A stretch of DNA of 64,000 nucleotides from Spirochaetota bacterium (GCA_016928865.1 JAFGJX010000067.1:55618-119617), one strand, 5' to 3'; shown: positions 1-7,554, numbered from the stretch's first letter. Notes: generated from the sequence alone by a model not told the origin. Program-made: numbers and translations.

Positions 1-1
1 C

Positions 2-886
2 CTCTGCAATCCGGAGTCTTACCGCACGGTATATCACCGCTCGTTTCACGATTTCCTCATGCCCTCGGTAGATTCCCTCAGGGACACGGTCAACCTTCTT
101 AAGTCGGTTCTCTTTCCCGGATATTTTATCGACTCCGACATCCGGCCTGAAACGATGAAGTACCATATCGGCTCCACCATTGACCGTGTTTACATCCAGC
201 TGGCTGAACAGATCAAGAGGGGCTACTGCTTTACCTGCGCCGACTCGGGCGATACGGAGCATGTGTGCGAGGAATGCGAGCGCAGGTCGAAAGAGGTCGC
301 GTCAAAGTTTCTCCTGACGCTTCCCCGCCTCAGGCGGCTACTCACCCTGGACGCGCAGGCGGCCTTCAGGGGAGACCCTGCCGCACGGGGGGTGGGGGAA
401 ACCATTTTCTGCTATCCCAGCATCAGGGCGCTTGCACATCACCGGATCGCGCATGAGCTTTATTGCCTTGAGGTGCCGCTCATTCCCCGCATCATATCAG
501 AGATGGCTCATTCCGAGACCGGCATAGATATCCATCCGGGCGCCCGGATCGGCGAATCGTTTTTCATTGACCATGGCACCGGTACCGTCATAGGCGAAAC
601 GGCCATCATCGGAAACAACGTGCGGATCTACCAGGGGGTCACCCTGGGCGCAAAGAGCTTTCCCCTCGACCCGTCGGGAAATCCGGTGAAGGGAATCCCG
701 CGACATCCGATCGTCGAGGATGATGTCATAATCTACTCCGGCGCTACCATTCTGGGGCGCGTGACCATCGGCAGGGGAGCGGAGGTGGGCGGCAACGTGT
801 GGCTTACCCGCGATGTGCCGGCCGGTACGCGCATTGTTCAGGGGAAGGCTGAGGAGAACGACTTCACCGGAGGCCTGGGAATCTGA
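2..886 (+). CDS. cysE: Serine O-acetyltransferase, 5'-partial (frame open to window edge)
   Basis: Hexapeptide-repeat beta-helix (GARIGESFFIDHGTGTVIGETAIIGNNVRIYQGVTLGA) follows a long-form SAT N-terminal region (LLKSVLFPGYF). There is no in-frame stop between nt 2 and the Met at 59, and the upstream residues (ESYRTVYHRSFHDF) still look SAT-like, so the true start is probably outside the window. Confidence 0.85.
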   Translation, partial: LCNPESYRTVYHRSFHDFLMPSVDSLRDTVNLLKSVLFPGYFIDSDIRPETMKYHIGSTIDRVYIQLAEQIKRGYCFTCADSGDTEHVCEECERRSKEVASKFLLTLPRLRRLLTLDAQAAFRGDPAARGVGETIFCYPSIRALAHHRIAHELYCLEVPLIPRIISEMAHSETGIDIHPGARIGESFFIDHGTGTVIGETAIIGNNVRIYQGVTLGAKSFPLDPSGNPVKGIPRHPIVEDDVIIYSGATILGRVTIGRGAEVGGNVWLTRDVPAGTRIVQGKAEENDFTGGLGI

Positions 887-2236
887 CTACAGTGTCCTGA
901 GCATCTTTTGCGCGGCTGCGTTCACCGGGTCCCATATGGGCGAAAAGGGCGGCGCGTACCCGAGGTCCAGGTACGCGACCTGTTCAACCTTCATTTTCGC
1001 CGCGATGGCCGCGGCAACCGTATTGATGCGAAGGGCGGCGCCATCCGTTCCCGCTATCTCGCCCCCGACCAGCTCTCGCGTATTCGGGTTCATTGTGAGG
1101 GTAATGCTGATACGGCTGCCAGCCGGATAATAGCCGGCTCTCGATCGCCACAGCAGGGATGTTGATTCGGCGGGGACGCCGGCGCGAAGCGCGTCTGCCT
1201 CGTTCATCCCGGTTTTTCCCACCTCGAGATCGAACACCTTGACCATCTGCGTTCCCACAATTCCGGGGAATGATTCGTCAGCGATGCCCGCCGCCTGGAG
1301 CCCGGCGACGCGGCCCTGCTTGTTCGCGGTGGTGCCGAGGGGCATGTACGCGTTTTTTCCGGTCAGCTGGTGCTTTACGGTGGCGCAGTCACCGGCGGCG
1401 AAAACGTCTGTAACGCTGGTCTTGGATTTTTCATCAACGATAATCGCGCCCCGGTCGTTCATCCGGATGCCGGTTCCATTGAGGAATTCCGTATTGGGAG
1501 TGATACCGGTGGAGGCGATGACCAGGTCCGCCGCGTAGCTGTTGTCGCCCGCTGTCACAGAAAGGCCGGTCGCGGTCGGGAGAATTTCAGAAATTGCGGC
1601 GCCGGTGATCACGCGCACATCGTTGACGCGAAGGGTTTCCAGTATGATGCTGCGGATGACAGGCGACATGGTCATGGCAACTGAATCAAATTTTTCGAGA
1701 ATGACTGTTTCGATCGAGCGCTTCCTGAATGCCTCGGCCATTTCAAGGCCGATGAAGCCGCCGCCGATTATAATGCCGGATGACGGCATCCGCTCATCGA
1801 TATGCCTGCGCAGAGCCATGCCGTCGGCGAGATTCCTCAAAAAGAAAACATTCGGCGCATCGATGCCCCGGATGGGCGGCACAATGGGACGGGCTCCGGT
1901 TGCGATGACGAGCTTCCCGTATTCGACTGTATCAACCCCGCCCTGAAATCTGATAGTCACAGTGTGCGCAACGAAGTCGGCCGCGATCGCTTCCGTGTTG
2001 AGGAGTATATCGATCTTTCTCTCCTTGATATATTCATTGAGGTCGATGGCAATAAGGCTTTCAGGATTGCTGACGTCATCGGCGATGTAGTAGGGCAGCC
2101 CGCAGGCGGCATAGGATACGTGTGCGCCTTTTTCCAGTACGGCGATTGATAAGGCGTCGGAAGTTCTTCGGGCCTGCGATGCGGCGCTCATGCCGGCAGC
2201 GTCGCCTCCGATAACAAGAACATCGTATTTTTTCAT
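887..2236 (-). CDS. FAD-dependent pyridine nucleotide-disulfide oxidoreductase, single-Cys NADH oxidase / NADH peroxidase / CoA-disulfide reductase family
   Basis: N-terminal FAD fold KYDVLVIGGDAAGMSAA. Single redox Cys motif SYAACGLPYYI. Second dinucleotide fold GIIIGGGFIGLEMAEA. Start moved to ATG 2236 (MKKYDV); the track's upstream extension has no support. Confidence 0.85.
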   Translation of the reverse strand: MKKYDVLVIGGDAAGMSAASQARRTSDALSIAVLEKGAHVSYAACGLPYYIADDVSNPESLIAIDLNEYIKERKIDILLNTEAIAADFVAHTVTIRFQGGVDTVEYGKLVIATGARPIVPPIRGIDAPNVFFLRNLADGMALRRHIDERMPSSGIIIGGGFIGLEMAEAFRKRSIETVILEKFDSVAMTMSPVIRSIILETLRVNDVRVITGAAISEILPTATGLSVTAGDNSYAADLVIASTGITPNTEFLNGTGIRMNDRGAIIVDEKSKTSVTDVFAAGDCATVKHQLTGKNAYMPLGTTANKQGRVAGLQAAGIADESFPGIVGTQMVKVFDLEVGKTGMNEADALRAGVPAESTSLLWRSRAGYYPAGSRISITLTMNPNTRELVGGEIAGTDGAALRINTVAAAIAAKMKVEQVAYLDLGYAPPFSPIWDPVNAAAQKMLRTL

Positions 2237-2356
2237 GCGCCTTCTCCTGTTTTTCGGATATGCATGCATAAGAATGAAGTGATTCACAAGGTAGCAAAAA
2301 ATACGGGGAAAAGTCAACAAAAATTAAAGAAATATCTAAAATACTTAATACATTGC

Positions 2357-2385
2357 TTGACGGTCAGAAGGTAATTAAGTATATT
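2357..2385 (+). promoter_or_regulatory. Candidate sigma70 promoter for the HesB-like gene
   Basis: TTGACG (2357-2362), a 17-nt spacer, then TATATT (2380-2385), about 30 nt upstream of GTG 2417. Confidence 0.5.
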
Positions 2386-2416
2386 CTAAATAATTAATAA
2401 TCCACCGGAGGTCGAG

Positions 2417-2719
2417 GTGAAGATTGAGATTACTGCATCAGCAAGAGAAAAGCTGCAAAAAGTTTTTTCAGAATCAGATATGAAGCTGCCCGCTCTGCGG
2501 GTAACTTTTGCCGGATTTGGTTGAGGCGGACCCCGTCTGGGACTGGCTCTGGATGAGCTGGAAAATAATACCGATACGGTGATAGAGACCGGCGGTTTCA
2601 AGGTACTGGTCGATGACAGGGTGAAAAATTTCCTGGAGACCATACCAGGCACAACGGTAGATTATCACGAATCACGGTATGGCGCCGGATTCGTGATACA
2701 GGGTGTGCCTTCCTGCTGA
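2417..2719 (+). CDS. HesB/IscA-like selenoprotein (in-frame UGA = Sec at 2522-2524)
   Basis: GTG 2417 is preceded by GGAGG (2407-2411). Translation is VKIEITASAREKLQKVFSESDMKLPALRVTFAGFG-U-GGPRLGLALDELENNTDTVIETGGFKVLVDDRVKNFLETIPGTTVDYHESRYGAGFVIQGVPSC, with a TGA stop at 2717-2719. The UGA aligns with the first cluster-ligand Cys of IscA/HesB (E. coli IscA RTSGCSGMAY). The frame stays open and family-like on both sides of it. Confidence 0.75.
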
Positions 2720-2752
2720 AAAAAGAGCAGAAGAAAAATGAAAGGAAAAGAA

Positions 2753-2778
2753 GGGGCTGTCAAATGACAGCCCCTTTT
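2753..2778. terminator. Bidirectional rho-independent terminator between the HesB-like gene and rubrerythrin
   Basis: GGGGCTGTCA / TGACAGCCCC stem followed by TTTT on the + strand, with an A-rich run on the other side. It lies between convergent genes. Confidence 0.6.
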
Positions 2779-2798
2779 AGTTTAACCATGTATGAATA

Positions 2799-3374
2799 TT
2801 AGAAATTATCGTCCAGCAGCTCAAAATAGGCCTGGGGATGCAGACATGCGGGACAGGCATCCGGAGCGCTTTCTCCTTCGTAGATATAGCCGCAGTTTCT
2901 GCATTTCCATTTCGTTTTTTCCTTCTTCTTGAAGACAGTGCCGTCCTTGATGTTTTTCAGCAGGGCGAGGTACCGTTCTTCGTGGTGCTTTTCGACCTCT
3001 GAAATTCTGCGCCAGCAGACGGCGATATCCTTGAACCCTTCCTGGTCGGCTATATCGGCGAACATGGGGTAGAGCTTGGTGTGCTCTTCGTTTTCCCCCA
3101 TGGCGGCTGCCTTGAGATTGTCTGCAGTTGAGCCGATGACGCCGGCGGGATAGGACGCGGTTATCTCAACTTCTCCCCCTTCGAGGAACTTGAAGAAGCG
3201 TTTGGCGTGCTCCTTCTCGTTTTCGGCGGTCTCGAGGAATATTGCGGCTATCTGCTCATACCCGTCCTTCTTCGCCTGCGAGGCGAAATAGGTGTAGCGG
3301 GTCCGCGCCTGGGATTCCCCGGCGAACGAGGCCAGAAGATTTTTTTCAGTTTTCGTACCTTTGATGCTTTTCAT
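2799..3374 (-). CDS. rbr: Rubrerythrin
   Basis: Diiron four-helix-bundle motifs ([32 protein letters not shown]) plus a C-terminal rubredoxin-like CRNCG...CPAC. Confidence 0.95.
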   Translation of the reverse strand: MKSIKGTKTEKNLLASFAGESQARTRYTYFASQAKKDGYEQIAAIFLETAENEKEHAKRFFKFLEGGEVEITASYPAGVIGSTADNLKAAAMGENEEHTKLYPMFADIADQEGFKDIAVCWRRISEVEKHHEERYLALLKNIKDGTVFKKKEKTKWKCRNCGYIYEGESAPDACPACLHPQAYFELLDDNF

Positions 3375-3423
3375 AGTTTCTCCTTGTAAAATATGTGCGT
3401 GTGACCATGCCGGACGCTGCGAA

Positions 3424-3801
3424 TTACTTTTTCCACAGGCCGTGAAGGTTGCAATACTCCCTCACCGTGGCCTTCTCGTCGACGGAGCAGAATTCGGCTT
3501 CGGGCACCTGTCCCGGCTTCAGGAATTTCCTGTTCGATTTTCCATCTTCGGTTATGACCTGTATCCACTCGATATAATGCTTTTCCTCCATCGGGTGGGG
3601 AACGGAACCGACCTTGGCAAGTATACCGTCGCCGGAACGGCTGACATCAGGGACGTGCTTTTCCTTGGCGGCGTCCACCGTGTTCTCTTTTATCAGGGTC
3701 ATATCCTGGCCGCAGCAGACCAGCGTCCCTGCTCCTTCGTGGAGCACCTCAACGATGTTTCCGCAAACCTGGCATTTGTAAATTTCAAGTCGTTTTGTCA
3801 T
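3424..3801 (-). CDS. dfx: Desulfoferrodoxin (2Fe superoxide reductase)
   Basis: N-terminal desulforedoxin motif [12 protein letters not shown]...LVCCGQ plus the SOR domain (KHVP...[12 protein letters not shown]). Start set at ATG 3801 with GGAGG upstream. Confidence 0.9.
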   Translation of the reverse strand: MTKRLEIYKCQVCGNIVEVLHEGAGTLVCCGQDMTLIKENTVDAAKEKHVPDVSRSGDGILAKVGSVPHPMEEKHYIEWIQVITEDGKSNRKFLKPGQVPEAEFCSVDEKATVREYCNLHGLWKK

Positions 3802-3861
3802 GTCCGAACCTCCATAGTTGTATTTTAAGCCGTGCCTACCGCATGGAAAGCATGGCTGCAC

Positions 3862-4866
3862 CTACAGGCTAACTCTTCCCCTGAAGATGCGATAGGCGTA
3901 TATCGTGTATCCGATCACGACCGGCATGCCTATACAGGCGACGATGAACATGACGGTCAGTGTCAGCTGGCTTGACGATGAATTATAGATCGTAAGGCTC
4001 AACTCCGGGTCCTGTGACGCCCGCAGCAGCACGGGAAACTGGAGCGATCCGGCGACGCCCCACAGGGCGGCAAAAAAAAGTGACGACGCTGTAAAGGACG
4101 CGAGGTCGCCGGACCGGGTCAGAAGCCTTCGCGCGGCGATAAGCGAAGCAGCGGCAAGGGCGCCGAAGGCCCAGGCAGCGACGTTACCCATGCTCTCCGG
4201 CATGTGCACCGCGGAGAGGACGATGGGAATCGGGAATATCGCGGCAACGATAAGCCATACCATCCTGGCGATAGACCTGATCCGGTCACGGAGCTCGCCG
4301 TCTGTCTTGAGGGCGGCGTAGGTGCAGCCCTGAAGGAGGATGGCGGAGAGTCCAAGGAGCCCGACTGCCAGCGGAAACGGGCGCAGCAGGGTGAAAAAGC
4401 CGCCCGTATACTCCATGCTGTCATTGAGCGGGATGCCCTGTATGACGTTGCCCAGGGCCACGCCGAAGAGAAGAGAGGGTAGCGCGCTGCCGGCGACAAA
4501 GGCCCACTTCCAGAGACCGCGACGTTTTTCATCGAGCGACCAGAATTCAAGGGATACGGCCCTGAAGATAAGGGCAAAGAGAACGAGCATCAGGGCGAGA
4601 TAAAAACCGCTGAAAACCGTGGCATAGGCGTGGGGGAAGGCGGCGAAGAGCGCGCCGCCGCCGGTGAGCAGCCACACCTCGTTGCCGTCCCACACGGGCC
4701 CGATCGCGGTGAAGAGGATCGCCGTCTCCCCTTTATCGCGCGCCAGGACCGGGAGAAGCGTTCCAATCCCCAGGTCAAAGCCGTCCAGCAGTGAATATCC
4801 GACAAAAAGAATGCCGATAAGGATAAACCAGATGATCTGCAATAGTTGTAAGGTTTCCATGATCAT
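3862..4866 (-). CDS. cydB: Cytochrome bd-type oxidase subunit II
   Basis: Polytopic membrane protein with a typical CydB N-terminus (LQIIWFILIGILFVGYSLLDGFDLG). Its start overlaps the cydA stop by 4 nt. Confidence 0.9.
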   Translation of the reverse strand: MIMETLQLLQIIWFILIGILFVGYSLLDGFDLGIGTLLPVLARDKGETAILFTAIGPVWDGNEVWLLTGGGALFAAFPHAYATVFSGFYLALMLVLFALIFRAVSLEFWSLDEKRRGLWKWAFVAGSALPSLLFGVALGNVIQGIPLNDSMEYTGGFFTLLRPFPLAVGLLGLSAILLQGCTYAALKTDGELRDRIRSIARMVWLIVAAIFPIPIVLSAVHMPESMGNVAAWAFGALAAASLIAARRLLTRSGDLASFTASSLFFAALWGVAGSLQFPVLLRASQDPELSLTIYNSSSSQLTLTVMFIVACIGMPVVIGYTIYAYRIFRGRVSL

Positions 4867-6194
4867 TCCCCCACGTATCCGAGAGTGGCGTTTTCAGGAC
4901 CTTTGCGAACGATCTTCAGGAGCAGCTTTATGAAAACAGTGAAGAGCAACAGATAGATAACGCTGAAGATGACGATAGAAAACAGGATCTGCCAGGCCGG
5001 GACAACGACCGAGGCGGCGTCCGCGGTTCGAAGTACGCCATAAACCGCCCATGGCTGACGGCCGATTTCAGCTGCCATCCAGCCAAGTTCGTTCGAGATA
5101 AAGGGAAGCGGGATGGCTAGGATCAGAACCCACAGATACCAGCGGGTCTCGTAAAGCCTTCCAGTAACTTTCAGGAAGGCCCCGATCAGCGCAATGAGTG
5201 CAAAAAGGGAGCCGAGGCCGATCATCCCGTGGTAGGTGAAATAGGTCGGTATGATTGGAGGCTGGTCCTCTTCCTTGAATTCGTTGAGCCCGATTACCCT
5301 GGCGTTAGGGTCAAAATCGATCGCCAGGCTCAGGAGCTTGGGCACGGCGATCTCGAAATGTGTCATGCGGGCGTCTGGGTCTGGTATGCCGATAATGGAC
5401 ATCGGCGCTCCTTCCATTGTGTTCCAGAGCGCCTCGAATGCCGCCATCTTGCCAGGTTGTGTCTTTGCGACCTGCACCGCATGCGTATGGCCTGATACAA
5501 ACTGAACAAGCGACATGGCAATGAATATCCAGAGCGCTATGGAGACCAGGATTTTGGCCCCTTCAGTGTCGCGCTTCTTCAAAAGGTACCACGCTCCGAT
5601 GCCGGCTGTAAAGAGGGTGCCGGTGATCCATCCGCCGATTATCGTGTGGATGAATCGCACGAGTGTCGACGGGTTGAACACGGCGCCGAGGAAGTCAGTC
5701 ATGACGGCCCTGCCTCCCTCCATGGCATAGCCGGCGGGCGTCTGCATCCATGAATTGGCGATGATTATCCAGAAGCCCGACAGGTGCGACGCAAAAAAGA
5801 CAAGAAAAGCCGAGAGGAGGTATATCCTGCCTGAAACGCGCTCCCTGCCGAAGATGAGAATCCCGAGAAACACGGACTCCATGAAAAAGGCGAAGACGCC
5901 TTCAGCGGCCAGGGGCGCGCCGAAGATGTCGCCAACCATCCTTGAATAGGTCGACCAGTTCGTTCCGAATGAGAATTCCAGCACGATGCCGGTCGCGACA
6001 CCCATAACGAACACGAGGCCGAGTATTTTAATCATGAATGAAGAGAGTTTTTGTAAAAGATCATCTCCTGATCTTGCGTGCATGACAAGGAGAATGAGTA
6101 CGACAAGCGTGAGGCCGAGGGTGAGCGGCGGGAAGATGAAGTGAAATCCCGCAGTTAAACCGAACTGAATCCTTGAGAGAAATACAGCATCCAT
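4863..6194 (-). CDS. cydA: Cytochrome bd-type oxidase subunit I
   Basis: Typical CydA N-terminus (LSRIQFGLTAGFHFIFPPLTLGL) and conserved GWMAAEIGRQPW near the C-terminus. Confidence 0.92.
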   Translation of the reverse strand: MDAVFLSRIQFGLTAGFHFIFPPLTLGLTLVVLILLVMHARSGDDLLQKLSSFMIKILGLVFVMGVATGIVLEFSFGTNWSTYSRMVGDIFGAPLAAEGVFAFFMESVFLGILIFGRERVSGRIYLLSAFLVFFASHLSGFWIIIANSWMQTPAGYAMEGGRAVMTDFLGAVFNPSTLVRFIHTIIGGWITGTLFTAGIGAWYLLKKRDTEGAKILVSIALWIFIAMSLVQFVSGHTHAVQVAKTQPGKMAAFEALWNTMEGAPMSIIGIPDPDARMTHFEIAVPKLLSLAIDFDPNARVIGLNEFKEEDQPPIIPTYFTYHGMIGLGSLFALIALIGAFLKVTGRLYETRWYLWVLILAIPLPFISNELGWMAAEIGRQPWAVYGVLRTADAASVVVPAWQILFSIVIFSVIYLLLFTVFIKLLLKIVRKGPENATLGYVGE

Positions 6195-6244
6195 ACTGAT
6201 GACCTCCCGCGGTATCGTTATCGACGGTATTCAGCTGACCGCCC

Positions 6245-6410
6245 GCTAGTCTTCATACGGTTCAAACTGGTCTTTCCCGACCCCGCATTGCGGGCAGACC
6301 CAGTCATCCGGCAGTTTTTCAAATGGCGTGCCAGGCTTGGTACCTGAATCGGGATCGCCAACTTCCGGATCATACACATAGCCGCAGACGGAACAAACGT
6401 ATTTTTTCAT
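6245..6410 (-). pseudogene. Rubredoxin, interrupted by a 1-nt insertion in a C4 run (6298-6301)
   Basis: ATG 6410 has a GGAGG upstream. It encodes [37 protein letters not shown]. The rubredoxin match ([20 protein letters not shown] at 6245-6247) then continues only after dropping one base. As written, the frame ends at TGA 6261-6263 and the second CxxC pair is lost. It falls below the 60-aa cutoff of the ORF track. Confidence 0.7.
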
Positions 6411-6461
6411 AAAGAGTACCTCCAGCTTGATAATTTGAAAACCATTTTTTCTTCACATTTA

Positions 6462-6502
6462 AATTTAAGACAAAATTTTGAAACTAACAATTGTAATTGT
6501 TA
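6462..6502 (-). promoter_or_regulatory. Candidate promoter plus 8-2-8 palindromic operator upstream of rubredoxin-cydAB-dfx-rbr
   Basis: On the minus strand: TTGTTA (6485-6490), a 17-nt spacer, then TAAATT (6462-6467). The -35 lies inside the near-perfect palindrome TAACAATT-GT-AATTGTTA (6485-6502), directly downstream of the Fur/PerR-like gene. Confidence 0.4.
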
Positions 6503-6648
6503 CAAATTACGTGTCGGTATGATTTTTTGCAATAAAAAATTATTTTTCATAAGAAAATAAAAAGGGGCTGGCTATCCGGCCTGCGATGCCGCGTATAACG
6601 CGACAGATTTTCCCGGATGAGCGGCGGGAAAAAATCGCAGCATTAAGT

Positions 6649-7089
6649 CTAGTGCTGGCACTTTTTACATATGCCTTTATAATACACCTGCTTTTCAGTA
6701 ACAAGATGCCCCAGGATCTTTTTACCGACATTGTTTTTTTTATCAAGCATAATATGCTCTGGATCAATGTCGTACAGGGCGCCGCATCTGGTGCACTTGA
6801 AATGACCATGAAAAGCGATATCGGCATCGTATCGGACTTCATTGTCTTCGATGGTAATCGAAGAAACAAGACCTTTTTCCCCAAGGGTTTTGAGGGTATT
6901 GTATATGGTTGTCTTTGAGAGTGTGGGTATCTGCTTTATTATTGCGTTATAGATATCATCCGCGGTCGGGTGCGTCCTGTTTTCCCACAGGTATTCATAG
7001 ATCTTTAACCGGTGATACGAAGGACTTATTCCTTTTTTGATCAAAGCATCTTTGAGGTCGTTGTCCATAATCCTGATACCATCCAGCAA
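6649..7089 (-). CDS. Fur-family metalloregulator (PerR-like by gene context)
   Basis: Winged-helix N-terminus (HRLKIYEYLWENRTHPTADDIYN) and structural Zn motifs CTRCG...CKKC. An alternative start is ATG 7068. Confidence 0.85.
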   Translation of the reverse strand: MLDGIRIMDNDLKDALIKKGISPSYHRLKIYEYLWENRTHPTADDIYNAIIKQIPTLSKTTIYNTLKTLGEKGLVSSITIEDNEVRYDADIAFHGHFKCTRCGALYDIDPEHIMLDKKNNVGKKILGHLVTEKQVYYKGICKKCQH

Positions 7090-7104
7090 AATTATAAGCG
7101 GGGA

Positions 7105-7236
7105 TCATTGTCTACGAGATTCTAGCTGTTTCATTATGGGTACTCCCGCGCTGTGCAAAGCCGCCGTGAAGGTTCTCAGATCCCAATCGATGCCGCCGAC
7201 CCAGTATATGTTTTCTTTAATTTTAACAGCATTCAT
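7105..7236 (-). pseudogene. Remnant of a flavodiiron protein (rubredoxin:oxygen oxidoreductase / FprA-type) N-terminus
   Basis: The 43-codon ORF begins MNAVKIKENIYWVGGIDWDLRTF, which matches FDP N-termini. After a 1-nt shift the match continues as (H)GGFAQRGSTHNE and then stops. The remaining ~370 codons of a normal FDP are absent. Confidence 0.65.
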
Positions 7237-7515
7237 GCCGGCTCTCCATCGTCGTTTGCATCATGTCGGATTATTGAATACGCTGAAAGGTTAAATCCAT
7301 ATATCACATAACGCAAACACGTGTATATAAATCTGGTGCATCAGTTTATTTTGTCAATTAAACTTTTATATTTGTCGCAATTTTACAAAAAAGGAACAAA
7401 AAAAAACATTGCAGTAAGCTTCAGTGTTGACAAAGATGTGCAAAAAAAATTATTTTAACGGTATACTTCAGAATACACCTGATGGGAGGCTTGCAGACGG
7501 TAAATTATCATTTGA

Positions 7516-7554
7516 ATGCATGACAAGCATGTCATGCATCTGTCGTATATGACA
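7516..7554. promoter_or_regulatory. Two adjacent 5-4-5 dyads (candidate CRP/FNR-type operator, or RNA hairpin) upstream of the multiheme cytochrome gene
   Basis: A perfect 10-4-10 palindrome ATGCATGACA-AGCA-TGTCATGCAT lies at 7516-7539. TGTCG-TATA-TGACA follows at 7541-7554. The dyad centres are about 20 bp apart. Confidence 0.35.

Noticed and set aside
2386-2668. Two minus-strand ORFs (88 and 64 aa) reported by the track in the HesB-like region
   Set aside because: They are antisense to a plus-strand frame that has a promoter, an RBS, family similarity and a terminator. They appear in the track only because the true gene is split by the Sec UGA.
6540-6918. 114-aa (-) and 110-aa (+) ORFs overlapping the Fur/PerR-like gene and its downstream spacer
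   Set aside because: The Fur-family frame (6649-7089) is clearly the real one. These alternatives have no motifs and run through the promoter/operator region.
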